From the NCBI GenBank assembly GCA_030704615.1, contig CM060731.1, positions 2,294,001 through 2,358,000 of the forward strand: a stretch of 64,000 nt of DNA, given 5' to 3'. The notes under the pieces were generated by a model that was not told where the DNA came from, ran no database searches, and saw only the letters and a program-made list of their open reading frames with translations. Shown in pieces: positions 12,050 through 24,842 of this stretch. Position numbers and translations under genes: made by a program. The stretch's first letter is position 1, and every line of letters begins with the position of its first letter. This DNA comes from Takakia lepidozioides. Lineage: Eukaryota; Plantae; Bryophyta.

Positions 12050-15000
12050 CTGAGTCATGAACAACCAGATGTGACAGGCATCTGGTGGGATCATGGTGGG
12101 TGGACCATTAAAGAATTTGAAGTGAATCAAATTCCCTGTGGAACGAAGGAAGAAAGATTGTCCAAACAATTCTTTCAAAGGTTCTTGGAATTGCCAGACG
12201 GTTGTAGAGAAAATATTCTTAAGCGAGTGCATGATGCTGATCCGGAATGGGGTCTGGAGAAAGGAGTGATAAAGATTTATCAGGTAGCCTGTAGAGGAAG
12301 AGCACGTTGGTTACCAATGTTGGTTTATGTGATAACATTGCTATCCATTAAGCGAGTAGAGTTTGAAGGCTAGGAAGAAAGAAAGGTGAATGTTTATACT
12401 CATATGCATGAAGAGCTTGTACTGGTAAAGAATTGGATTCCAAAGGATATTTTGTGGATCAAACTCACACCAAGAACAATTTCAGACTTGTTTGCCATAT
12501 GGTTATATGGTAACGGAGACTTCAAGTATAACCAAGGGTGCATTGAAGCTTGAAAGAAACCCAGGCATATACGAGAGATATTACAGAAGAGTTTTGGTTA
12601 TTGCCACATTAAAAGAAATGAAAGACATGGGACATGAGTGATGAAAAGAGAAGCTAGACGCCAGAGATATTCAGCAAAAAGAGAAAGCTATCTGAAAGCT
12701 AATTATCCATATCTTTGGGAGAGAGGAATAGACATAGGGGAATCATCTGGACCTCTCACACCATTAAGATCAAAGAGTACATCACCCATACCGGAAGAAC
12801 TAGAGTTGGATGCCACTCCTTCTGTTTCTTTGCAAGAAAGATTAAGGGAATTGGTACGGGAAGAAGATCAATCACGAGGTGAAAGATCTGAGGTACATCC
12901 CTGGATAAAAGATTTGACAGAAATCTTTGATAAGAGTTGGCATGGAACACCAAAAGCAGGAACTCCAGTTTCTGAAGCGGAAGGTGAAGAAGGAGGAGAG
13001 GATGTGGCAGAGCCAACGGAGAGTTCAGACTCTCCAACACCATTGCAGTTGAGTTACATGAGTGAAGAAGAAACCCAAGGACAGAACTTGGAGGATGAAA
13101 ACAGGGAGAAGAAATTAGAAGAGGAAGATTATGAAGAAGTAGACCCAACAGCTGAGGTTGAGACTACAACCAGGACATCCCAACCCGTTGGACCAGGATC
13201 AAGTGGAGCACTTGGATCACAGGCCAACAAAGGTGTCGGCTCAGGGGGATCAGACGGGCTGCCTGGATCTGGCTCTGGGGGGGACAGGGAGTGTGGGAAG
13301 TAGTGCAACTGGAGCTGGGAATACTGTGAATATCGTGGGGCCGGAAGCAGGGAGTGCTCAAGGGCCACCACTTGGTGGAAGATCCACCACAAAAACAACA
13401 GGTCCAGAAGGACCAGCACCAGCAAGGGTGCCAGCACCTGTCAGTGGGCAGAAGGTAGGGCCACAGATGGCGTTACAACCAACACGGGCAAAACCACCCT
13501 TTCCAATATATTCAGGAAAAGGGGATCCCGATGTACACATTAGCCAATTTGAGCACATGTGTATAGTGAACAATGAGAATGGCGATGATGCCAAGATGAG
13601 ATTGTTTCCTTGTTCACTTATCAAGAAAGCAAGTGAATGGTATGCAAGAGTCCCTGATAATCATTTCCTAACCTGGAATGGCTTGAATACAGCATTTGAA
13701 ATAGGTTCAGGACAAGTAAAACTGAGGATGAAGTGTATGGAAGTTTACAACAGTTAAAGCAAAAGAAGCATGAAACTGTTGAGGAGTATATGAAAAGATG
13801 GAATTGATGATGAAAAAGCTGGCTGCAGTACCAGCACCCGGTTTATAGAAGACTTGGTTTGTGAGTGGACTAAGACCAGAGTTGCAAAAGAAAGTGGATA
13901 TGTTACCCCATAATACAGTGGAGGAGGCATTTGAAAATGCAAACAGAATTGAGCAATTGGGAATGCTCAGGAGAGAGAAAAAGGAGGATGAGGACTCTGA
14001 GGATGAGTCAGATGAAGAAGAAGAGCAAGAACTAAAAAGGAAGAGTAAGAGAAAGGAGAAGTTGAAGAGGGATAACTATGAAAAAAATTGGAAGAAATCT
14101 TGAAGAAGTATGCCACAGAGGCTGTAACACATTGGAGGAAGGGTGTATGGTGTGCAAAGTGCCAGAATGAAGGCCATACCACCACAGAATGCCACATGAA
14201 GGAGAAACACTGTACTATCTGTAAAATGGATAACCATTCTACTGAGAATTGTTACTACAATAGAAGGACAGCTGCAAGAGAACCTAGGTGCATCAGGTGC
14301 AGCCCCAGCCAAGAAGAAACAATGATCAGGACCACTATGGTAGGTCTGGTGGTTATAAGAATGGCATGGAAGGGAGAGGTAATTCAAGAGGGAATTACCA
14401 AGGAAATTCCAGAGGCAACTATCAGGGTAATCCAAGGGGGAATTACCAGCCCGGGAATCAGGCTTACAGAAATAATCCAAGAACAGACCAAGGGCGAGGA
14501 CCCAATGGTGAAGAACTATGTTACTATTGTAATCAGCTAGGACATCGCAGGCAGCCTGTTCATTCTGGATAAGACACCAGAATGAGATGAGAGCTCCTGT
14601 GAATGAGGGCCCAGTGGTGGCAGCTCACATGGTTAGGCCATGTGTTGTACCAGAAGTAAGTACAATGATAGTAACAAGAAGTAAAGCCAAACTAATACCT
14701 CCAGTAGTAGAGGAAGAAGATGATAATGAAGGTGGCAGTGATATGCCTGAAGATGATGAGGCTTGGAGAGATGAGAAGGAACTGCACAAGGAAGTGGCAG
14801 ATACCATAAGGGAAATGCATAAGAGTACTGATATTCTTGTGGCAGGTTCCTCTGATTCTGATGGAGAAGAAGAAAGGAGTGAGGATGAAAGGAAGAAAGA
14901 AGATGCAGACATGCAAAGTAATGAAGCGACTTTGGCTGAAATAATATGCCAGACCAAAGCAGAAATTACCATTGGACAGCTATTGGCTGTGGCACCTTAT

Positions 15001-16046
15001 TGTAGGCACAGGCTGTATCAAGCAATCAATCGAATTGCCCAGGAGACAGGAAACACAGACCTGAATAGCAAGGTGACCAGTTATAATGTGAAGCCGGAAG
15101 GGTGAGAAACAGTCATGGACTTTGATGATTCTATGCCAGTAATCCAATTGAGAATTGGAAGCACAGAACTAACTGATGTACTGATAGATGGAGGTTCTGG
15201 AGTAAATATCATGACAGACCAATTAAGAAAAAGCTTGGTCTAAGTAACATGAAACCAGCCCCATTTATAGTAACAATGGCAGATCAAAGAAATGTACAGC
15301 CATTGGGATTAATAAGAGGAGTTAAGATACAGATACAGAAGATGATCTTTATGATCACAGTAACTGTGTTGAAGATGGATGAAGTCATGGAGGCTTACTC
15401 CTTATTATTGGGACGTCCGTGGCTGAAACAGGCCAGGGTATTCCATGACTGGAATTCTCAGTTACCCGTACATAATGGGATACACGAGATACAAATTACC
15501 ACAAAGAAATCTAGTAGATTACCTGCTACAAGAAGACCTCGAGGAGTCAGAGAGTATGACTGGAAAGGAGGACTGGATGAGGAGCAGGAAGCTACCCTAT
15601 TTGCTGCACACCCAGAGTGGGAGCAGGTTGCAGAGATGCGGCTGGAAAGCCTAAGTTGTTTAAGAGGTATCTGCTGTGGTGTAGTGACAGCAACACCAAC
15701 TGAAGAGGAAACCAGCAGTTACCCATCACATTTCTATGAAGAAAGAGAAGGAGAAATGGAAATCCTAGAGGAACCAGCCACTGTGAGCTTACAGGATGAA
15801 GTGGTGACTGGTTGGACAATCTCAGCTGATGAGCAGGTGAGGGAAGTGAATGTGGGAACTAAAGAGGAACCGAGGATGGTGAAAGTAGGAACTGATTTGG
15901 AGCCGGAATTCTTTGAAGAAGCTAAAAGCTTGTTCATCAAATACAAAGATGTATTTGCTTGGAGCTATGAGGATCTAAAAGGGATACCACCTGAAGTCTG
16001 TCAGCATAAGATTGAACTGGAACCAGGGTCAGTACCAATCAAGCAG
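12050..16046 (+). pseudogene. Pre-gag domain, gag and aspartic protease (frameshifted)
   Basis: Gag YSGKGDPDVHISQF..LFPCSL..ASEWY; zinc knuckles CAKCQNEGHTTTEC, CTICKMDNHSTENC and CYYCNQLGH; protease LIDGGSGVN; ends KIELEPGSVPIKQ at the inversion break. Confidence 0.9.
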
Positions 16047-19000
16047 GCGGTCTGGAAATTTATATTTTAAAACTTGCTGTAAACGCTGAACAGCAAAATT
16101 GGTGAAGACACTGAGCTCCTTGTCTGTCCAGGTGAGTGGGGTACCAATTACTTGTGCACCGTGCAAGTATTTCCATGCCACATGTCCCTTATAGAAAATA
16201 TCATCAATGCCGAATTTCTGTGTTGACAAATTGTTCCAGGCCGCTTGAAACCATGAACGGATTTGAGAATCCTGTTGCATCATAACTTTTGCCTCATATA
16301 GGTACATATGAGGTGGCACTGAAGGTAAAACCCAATGATCCCCACTGGAATAACTCAGAAAGCGCGATTGCATCTTGTGTTGCTCAATAAGATAACGTAC
16401 CAGAAAACAAGCAGCGTAGTATAACCCGCATCCCATGACAATACTTGCTACCTCCTTGGTCTTGGTATAAATGAATCCATGTACAACTTGGAAGGCAATT
16501 AATTCCTTCAACATTGTACTTGCCTCATGCCAGTATTGTGCAAAGTGATGATCCTCAATATGTCGATTGTTCGGAAGAACTTTAGTCCTAGTTGCCACTG
16601 GCAGCCAAATGCGCATGATTTGGTAGTAATGTGCGAATGACTGCGGAGGACTAAATTCTTTCCAAGCCAAATCCAACATGATGGGAATTTGGTTGAAGGG
16701 CATAATCATAGCCCTACTGTACTCCCTTGCAGCTCTTTTGTCGATATTTGAAGTGAGGTCTTCCACTTGAGTCTGCAGTCCGTCTACATCCTCCTGTAAC
16801 TCTGCTATCCTACTATAGACATTGTCTATAGTAGTTGTGGCAATGTTCTGCACTTGGAGTCTGAGCTCATTCATCTCGCTTTGGGTGAGCTTTCGTGGTG
16901 CTTTGCCCTCCACTGGCCCTTGTGCTAACCAGACCTGCATAAGGTGGTTATCCACCAAGTTGCTTGTGGTTCCTCTGAGAGTGTGCTCCTCTCTTAGTTT
17001 GTACACATCCAATTGCTATTGTAAAGCTTCCATGCGCTTCGCATGAGGTTCAACCAAATTCGCATAGGTAGCAAGTAGATTATTGGCTTCCTTCCAAGCC
17101 TGTTATTGACCGAGATTTCATTTCTATTGGCCATGATTTTGTTGCAACTCCAGGATGTGCTTCTCTTGATCAGCTTCAATCTGCCTGTATTGCTTGAAAG
17201 TATCCTCATTGCGACAGATTGTATTCTTCATGTCGACAACGAGTTTCATTTGCTCAACATTCTCTGCTTCTGCCTTCATACTTTTTTCTGCTTGACTGTT
17301 TATTTCTTTTGTAGTTTGGTCAAGCATAGTTGTGAGTGTAACACATTGTATGGCCATCCTGTCATGCACTGTCTGCAACTCCGTATGTAGTGCATTCACT
17401 TCTTGCAACTTGCTTTCATGCTGCACCTGCATTTGGTATAGCTGTTGCTTTGTGCTTCGTGCAACTGGTCTTGCGCGAGGCCTGCCTCAATCAATTGTTC
17501 CTTGGCCAATTGCAAAGCCGCTTCTGTATTCTCCAAGTCTTGCTGCATCTTGAGAGTGACCTCCTCATCGACCTTGTTTGCACACTCAGTGGCTAGTTGA
17601 GCCTCAAACTCCTTCCTGAGTTCCTCTCTCAAGGCTGTCAATTGGGTAGTTGGAACATGGGATTTGACATAAGTCCCCAACAAATTAAGTGTCCTGCCTA
17701 TGGAACTCATCAGCATTGCCTGTTGAGGGTCATCATGGTGAGGTTGCTGCTGTTCCTCCTGATCCTCAACCGTGTGATGTCTCACAAACCACTCAGGCCA
17801 TTGTCCCACCGGATTTTCTTCCTGAACCACTTCATCCATCACCGGTGCTGCAGTGTCTTGACATTCTACCTGTGGTACCTCCGACACAGGTGTGTGTATT
17901 ATATGCACCTCAGGATTTCCCTTGGGCAACTGTTGCACCTCTGGAATCTCTGTCTCCTTGACCAGACCAGAATATTCATAAAGAAGGTCCCCCTTTTCAA
18001 TTTCTGCCACTATCTGTTCTGTAGTTGGAATATCTAACCCTTCTTTCCAAATCAATTATTTCTGGTTGAGCTGCATGGACAACTTGTAACCTTGTGACAA
18101 GCCGATCAGCTGGCTGTGATGCTGTGATACTGAAGTAACTTCCTCTTCCCTCTCTGAAGGTCTGCTTCCAGTAATAGCAGTTCTCTGTGCTGCTGTGCCC
18201 CTTCCTGCACATGAGCTTGGGAAAACATTATCATGCGGAATCCGTGAAGCCAGTGGATCCGCCACTACAGTCTTTCCCCGTCTCTGCCTCTTAGTCTCGG
18301 GTTGCCCTGCTAGTCCACCCTCACTGTGTGAAGAGCCTTGCTCTTCCATTGCAGTGGTTTCTGGCTCAAACACTCCCATCTCCTTTCTTTCTTGCGCATC
18401 AAGTATGCCAGAATCAAGAATTATTTGAGCAATGATTGGGCCAGACACTATGATAGGAGACTTTGCGGTAGTACCTGTAATCTTTTCATCTCCTCTACCA
18501 GTGCGTTGTACATTATGTCCGCCCATTCTACCTCTGTCCTTTCAGGGCTTGAGTATTTCCTCCGTGAAGGATCTGCTCAAATACTGTTGGTTCTATTTCA
18601 TGGCAATCAGAACGTTCAATACCTGGCCTACCTCCTTTAGCCCTGGGTACACGGTCTTGTACAAGCATAACCCTGAGTTTTAAAGAAACTCCCTTCTTGG
18701 AATAAGTCCCCTATTTGCAGTCTTGCCCTGTGCTCCTCCACATGCACCTGACCTGCTGGCAATCAAAACAATTGCTGGAGGTATAGGGGAGTAATTACTA
18801 ATTCAACTCCCTTCACCGTTGTTGTTCATGTCCTTGGCTCAAAGTTCTGCAAGAATTGTAAACATGTACTGTCTATGGTGCAATGTCCAATCTATGCTTT
18901 GCAATCCTTGCAATCTCAGCTCCTTCAGTATCTGTATCGCCTGGGGTAGCAATCGTTGTTTCTGCAGAATTGTGGTGCTCTTCACCCTGATTTCCTCCAT

Positions 19001-19433
19001 TCCTCTCACTCTCTTCATTTTAGACCACAAAATGTTTTGGCTGTAACAACTGCAGAAATGCCTGTAGTGCACAAAGCATAAACGTATGGTTGCCACAAAA
19101 AACTATGGGTAATTTCTTGTAAGCTGCGGGGGCTTGCAAGCATCGATCAAGAGAAAAGCTCCGCTCTGTTCTTTCGTGTCTATGCCACTGCGTAAGTAAT
19201 ATTGCGAGCGTATAGTCTGTTAGTTCCTCCATAGCTTCAAAGCTATAGCATTGATGGTTTGTCCCGTCGAGACGCCCGTTACTCAGAACGACGCCGCCTC
19301 TTGCGCTTAATTTCCCTCCAATTTCTTGATCCTTTCTCTGGCTTTCTATTGGCTGTAACCGCTGTGACTGGATTTTAGATTTCCTTTTTTTTAGTGGACT
19401 TTCCCTGCTGGATAGTCCACTAGGATCACACAT
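16047..19433 (-). pseudogene. Extra ORF downstream of integrase (zinc knuckle, coiled coil, unknown C-terminal domain); its last codons lie at 22672-22804 on +
   Basis: Overlapping frameshifted ORFs 19020-19433, 18056-18526, 17997-18212 (CRKGHSSTENC), 17396-18055, 17124-17432 and 16029-17012, all sense to pol. Confidence 0.65.
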
Positions 19434-19699
19434 GTGACAAGAATTTCGCTTTTCTGTACTTGCCGTTTGTTCCGTTCCCTTTTTCCGTATTCATTAATGG
19501 GCCCGCCTTTCATCCATTGGGCGCGCTGATTAGGTATTTTGACGGCCATTCTTGTCTCTTTCTTGATGACACCTGTTCTTGCACTTCCTTCTCAGCTGTG
19601 TGTCGCGTCCTGACTTCCACGTGTCTATTTTTAAACTGGTTTCCGTCCTTTCTTCCATCGGCCATTTTCCTGAAGTTATTGGGCGTTGTCACTGATTCT

Positions 19700-19975
19700 A
19701 TGGATCGTGTAACCTAGTAGGCTGTGTTGAGCTGTGACAGGCTGTGTCATACTATGGTACGCTGTGATAGGCTGTGATGCCTGTGGTAAGCGTGATAGGC
19801 TGTGACACGCTTGTGATAGGCTGTGTGCGCCGTGCGCTGTGATAGGCTGTGTTCGCCTGATGGGCTGTGATAGGCTGTGTTTCGCCTTGATAGGCTGTGA
19901 TGATGGCTGTGATACGCCTTGATGGGTTGTGATAGGCTGTGTTTCGCCTTGATGGGTTGTGATAGGCTGTGTCAC
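19700..19975. repeat. Tandem GCTGTGATAG-type repeats 3' of integrase
   Basis: Visible degenerate tandem repeats related to the LTR ACAGCC repeats. Confidence 0.85.
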
Positions 19976-20059
19976 GTTTGTTCTGCCCGCCCTGGTCATA
20001 TATGCTTGGCCTAGCGACAAGTGCTCCATACTCCGTTGGTAACACTGGCGCAGCCCGTG

Positions 20060-21035
20060 ACTGCTCTTGCGTTTCAACATGCAAATCATGCTGCAATGGT
20101 TTGTCATGGATACCACTGTATCCCTTTAACTTATTGGCATTGACTCTTCCCAGCATTTCTTTGTTAATGGTTTGTAACATGGCGGTGTTGTTATCATACA
20201 TCTTTTGTATGACATAAGGTCCTTTCCATGGTGATTTAAGCTTAGAAGCTTTAATTTTTTCCTTCTTCTGTAACCATAGAACCAAATCTCCCGTCTTAAA
20301 AGTTTTTAACTTGTTTTCGTCAAACTGTTCCTTCCTTTTCATCTGAATTCTGGTCATATTATCAGCTGCATCAGCACGTACTTCTTCCACATGGTATAAT
20401 TCATGTTTCCTGACCTTAATGGAATCTTGCAATTCCATTCTCTTTCCCCACTCCGTTCTCATGGTAGGCAACAGGAATTCCACTGGAAGTAAAGCTTCCA
20501 TACCATAAACTAATTGGAATGGTGTATACTTAGTGGTGACTTTATATGAAGTCCTGTATGACCACAAAGCTGTCAACAGCTTTGTATCCCAATCCGTTCT
20601 GTTTGCATTGACTATCTTAGCCAAGATAGTACATAGTATTTTGTTGGTAGCCTCTGCCTGTCCATTACCCTGTGGGTAATATGTTGTACTCTTCTTATGC
20701 ACAATCATGAATTCTTTAGTCAATAATTCAATGGTCTCATTAATGAAGTGACTTCCCTGATCACTGATAAATTCTAAGGGACAGCCAAATCGTGTAAGTA
20801 TGTTCTCATACAGGAACCTTGCTGTGGACTTGGCTGTGTTGTCCCTCAAAGCTTTAGCTTCCACCCACTTCGTAGTATAATCAGTGGCTGTAATTATGTA
20901 CCTGTTCCGTGTATTCTTGGCTGGTGGGTTAATCGGTCCAACAAAGTCTAGTCCCATTTCTGAAATGGTTCCGTAGGCATTGTAGGATGCAAGGCCATCC
21001 TTCCAGATCTCTGCAAAGGTCCTAGCCTCTGACAT
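20060..21035 (-). pseudogene. Gypsy integrase core (inverted segment)
   Basis: GLDFVGPI..ATDYTTKWVEA..ISDQGSHF..YYPQGNGQAE..WKGPY; frameshifted from the zinc-finger part. Confidence 0.93.
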
Positions 21036-22670
21036 TCATCACAACTCTGACAATAATCGTGTACATCTTTGAACAAAGTAGGCCACCAGTAACCTGCGAG
21101 TAGTATCTTCCTACTGGTAGTCTCTTCTCCAAAATGACCTCCAGCCACTCCTTTATGAACTTCCTCCAAAACTTTATTTACTTCATGGTGGTACAAGCAT
21201 CGTTTTAGTACTCCATCAGGTCCTAGCTTATACATTCTGCTTCCTACCATAGTATAAGGTAAAGCTTTGATAGCGATTCTTTTCCTCTGCTCCTTATCAT
21301 AACTAGGTGGGCATTGACCATGAGTAAGGTAGTATCTGATTGGCCACTGCCAATCTAACCATTCATCTGCACTTCCTTGCACCTCCATTATAAATAAACT
21401 CGCATCAGGTAACTGATCGTCCACTCCTGTGACGGCCTCTCCTGTTGTTAGTCGTGACAAATGATCTGCTACAAGATGCAAACGGCCAGGCTTGTAAATA
21501 ACCTCGAACTCAAACTCATGCAAGATTATTAACCACCTCGCTATCCTTCCACTTATCAAAGGTTTGTTCACCAGATATATCAGAGCCTGGTGATCCACAT
21601 AAAACATAAACTTTCTTCCCAATAGGTAATGCCTGAATTTCTTGACTGCATAAATCATTGCCAGTGCTTCTCTTTCAGTTGTGCTATAGTTCCTTTCAGC
21701 ACTGTTCATCAACCTGCTAGCATAGTACACAGGTGAATCTATATTTCCTGTAACATTCTGGGCTAACACCGCTCCCAACGCTTCTCCTGATGCATCGCAG
21801 TGAACATGAAATACTACATGCCAATGAGGGTTAATCAGCATAGGTGTAGTTGTTACTGACAGTGTAAGTTCCTCAAACGCCTGTTGACATTCAGCTGTCC
21901 AGGCAAACACTGCATCTTTCTTCAGAAGCTTGCTCAATGGTGCTGCTATTTGTGCATACCTTTTGACAAATCTTCTGTAATAACTGGTTTGCCCAAGGAA
22001 TCTCCTTAGACTCTTAACATTCACTGGTGGTGGAGAGGCTGTAATGGACTCTGTCTTCCTGGGATCCACAAGAAGTCCCTTCTTACACACAATGTGTCCC
22101 AGAAGCACCCCTGAGTTCACACAAAAAGTACACTTCTCTGGATTCAAGCCCAGACCTCTCATCCTGCATCTAGCCAGACATAACTCCAATTTATGCAAGT
22201 GCTCATTCTTAGAGCTGTACACACTGAAATCATCCAAGAACACCTGCATGAAATCATCCAGATACTCATGAAAAGATTCACTTATTACTCTCTGAAAGGT
22301 TGCTGGTGCATTACAAAGTCCAAAGGGCATGACTTTGTATGCATAAGCACCCCAGTCTGTGATGAAAGCTGTCTTTCCTTGATCTTCTTCTGCCACTTGC
22401 ACTTGATTATAACCACTGAACCCATCCATGAATGAGTACATCTCATGGCCTGCCACCGTGTCCAATACTGCTTCTGTGAATGGCAAAGGGAAAGGATCTT
22501 TCTTCGTACAAGCATTCAGCTTCTTGTAGTTCACACATACTCTTAGTTTACCATTCTTCTTGGGAACTATAACAATGGGTGACAACCAAGTTGTATACTC
22601 TATTGGGTATATAAACTTAGCCTCAGCCAACTTCTTAATCTCTTCTCCAACCTTCTGTGCGTAGTTGGGA
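20948..22670 (-). CDS. Gypsy reverse transcriptase - RNase H - integrase zinc finger (inverted segment)
   Basis: LRVCVNYKKLN, DGFSGYNQ, MPFGLCNAPATFQR, FLDDF, HCDAS, ERNYSTTEREALA, H..GGHF..CDECQR. Confidence 0.95.
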
Positions 22671-22818
22671 TCCGGGTAGTGTTCAAACATCTCCATCAAC
22701 CAGTGACAGACCTCGGGCTTGTACACACAGTCCGCCACGAAACTCTCAACGTCAGAAAGGTGCTCACTCACAAAGGTTTGCTAATCGCAATCAGTAAACC
22801 ATGAGGACACGGCTTTTT

Positions 22819-22832
22819 GAGAAGGGAAGGGG
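22819..22832 (+). promoter_or_regulatory. Polypurine tract
   Basis: GAGAAGGGAAGGGG just before LTR2. Confidence 0.85.
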
Positions 22833-22835
22833 TAA

Positions 22836-23833
22836 TGTTAGAGGACTGTCTGGGACTTAGACACTTATACGGGATCTGTTGGGTACCCTTAATTTTTGCA
22901 CAGACTGAGACCAATAGGAGCCTTAGGGGTGACAACAGCGCACTGTAGAGGGGGGTTACACAGCCGACACAGCCACACAGCCAGTCACAGCCGACACAGC
23001 CAGACACAGTCAGCACAGCTCGTCACAACCCGACACAGCCATCACAGCCAACACAGCCCGTCACAGCCGACACAGCCACACAGCCAGTCACAGCCCGACA
23101 CAGCCAAACACAGTCGCACAGCCAGTCACAACCCGTCACAGTTTCACACAGCCAGTCACAGCTTGACACAGCTGTCACGACCATATGGAACGGAGAGCAG
23201 GACAGGGAACGACTGTGGGGAACAACACCTGCAAATGAAACATGTTAGTTCACGGACGACGGTTAGTGAGGGAAACGGTTAGAGCCACGGGTAGGAAGAT
23301 AAAGGGAGAAGCAAGGACTGAGAAGGGGGATTCTTGGAAGCACTTCACGGGGAGGACTTCTTGGTCATGCAGGAGAGGGGATCGGGCGGAGAGTAAGAAC
23401 GGAAGCAAAGATGGAGAGCACGGTGAAGGAGAAGAGATGATTAGTAGATGCTTGTTATATGCAAAGCTGTAGTGATATTGTAGAGCAGATTAGAGACACA
23501 ATGGCTTCGGCCTGATACCTGATAAATCATAATCTGATACTTATACGATACAATCACACTGTGTAGAGAGATCTGAGTGAAGTTGTGGAATGAATGGATG
23601 AGTTGATAGAATCCGATAGATTGATGAAGCAAACTGATACTTAATTGTCAATAGCCAGGTAGCTAACATGAATGCGGAAAAGAAAACAAATAGGAAACAC
23701 CCCCATGATACACTAGCTGTAGGTCATGACTGATTGTTCTGAGCGGGCTGAGTACTTAGAGATTTCCAACTCTTCTATCTTGGAGTTTCCGCCTTGGATA
23801 GCGAAGGGATGGGTGAGTAAAAGTCGCGCGACA
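22836..23833 (+). repeat. 3' LTR (LTR2)
   Basis: Direct copy of LTR1, TG...CA. Confidence 0.95.
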
Positions 23834-23835
23834 TT

Positions 23836-23872
23836 TGGCGACCATATTGGGGATCGAACCCAGAATCTCTGG
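23836..23872 (-). other. 37-nt cDNA copy of the 3' half of a tRNA-Arg(ACG)-like primer, including CCA
   Basis: Reverse complement reads CCAGAGATTCTGGGTTCGATCCCCAATATGGTCGCCA, with T-arm GGTTCGATCC and terminal CCA. Confidence 0.85.
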
Positions 23873-23875
23873 AAA

Positions 23876-24842
23876 TGTCGCGCGACTTTTACTCACCCAT
23901 CCCTTCGCTATTCGAGGTGGAAACTCCAAGATAGAAGAGTTGGAAATCTCTAAGTACTCAGCCCGCTCAGAACAATCAGTCATGACCTACAGCTAGTGTA
24001 TCATGGGGTGTTTCCTATTTGTTTTCCTTTCTGCATTCATGTTAGCTACCTGGCTATTGACAATTAAGTATCAGTTTGCTTCATCAATCTATCGGATTCT
24101 ATCAACTCATCCATTCATTCCACAGCTTCACTCAGATCTCTCTACACAGTGTGATTGTATCGTATAAGTATCAGATTATGATTTATCAGGTATCAGGCCG
24201 AAGCCATTGTGTCTCTAATCTGCTCTACAATATCACTACAGCTTTGCATATAACAAGCATCTACTAATCATCTCTCCTCCTTCACCGTGCTCTCCATCTT
24301 TGCTTCCGTTCTTACTCTCCGCCCGATCCCCTCTCCTGCATGACCAAGAAGTCCTCCCCGTGAAGTGCTTCCAAGAATCCCCTTCTCAGTCCTTGCTTCT
24401 CCCTTTATCTTCCTACCCGTGGCTCTAACCGTTTCCCTCACTAACCGTCGTCCGTGAACTAACATGTTCCATTTGCAGGTGTTGTTCCCCACAGTCGTTC
24501 CCTGTCCTGCTCTCCGTTCCCTATGGTCGTGACAGCTGTGTCAAGCTGTGACTGGCTGTGTGAAACTGTGACGGGCTGTGACTGGCTGTGCGACTGTGTT
24601 TGGCTGTGTCGGGCTGTGTGGCTGTGTTGGCTGTGATGGCTGTGTCGGGCTGTGACGAGCTGTGCTGACTGTGTCTGGCTGTGTCGGCTGTGACTGGCTG
24701 TGTGGCTGTGTCGGCTGTGTAACCCCCCTCTACAGTGCGCTGCTGTCACCCATAAGGCTCCTGTTGGTCTCAGTCTGTGCAAAAATTAAGGGTACCCTAC
24801 AGATCCCGTATAAGTGTCTAAGTCCCAGACAGTCCTCTAACA
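23876..24842 (-). repeat. Third LTR in inverted orientation (LTR3)
   Basis: Reverse complement of LTR1/2; ends CAGTCCTCTAACA next to the TSD. Confidence 0.95.

Larger units (their letters stand above)
11059..24842 (+). mobile_element. Ty3/Gypsy LTR retrotransposon, rearranged (three LTRs, internal inversion)
   Basis: 5-bp TSD CTTCC (11054-11058 and 24843-24847); gag, protease, RT, RNase H and integrase in Gypsy order once the inversion is undone; PBS and PPT present. Confidence 0.95.

Noticed and set aside
22671-22771. N-terminus of ORF 20948-22771 (MSEHLSDV...)
   Set aside because: Chance read-through across the inversion breakpoint; the real coding strand there is +.
23836-23872. tRNA gene
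   Set aside because: Only the 3' half is present, it includes CCA and it abuts an LTR, so it is a primer copy.
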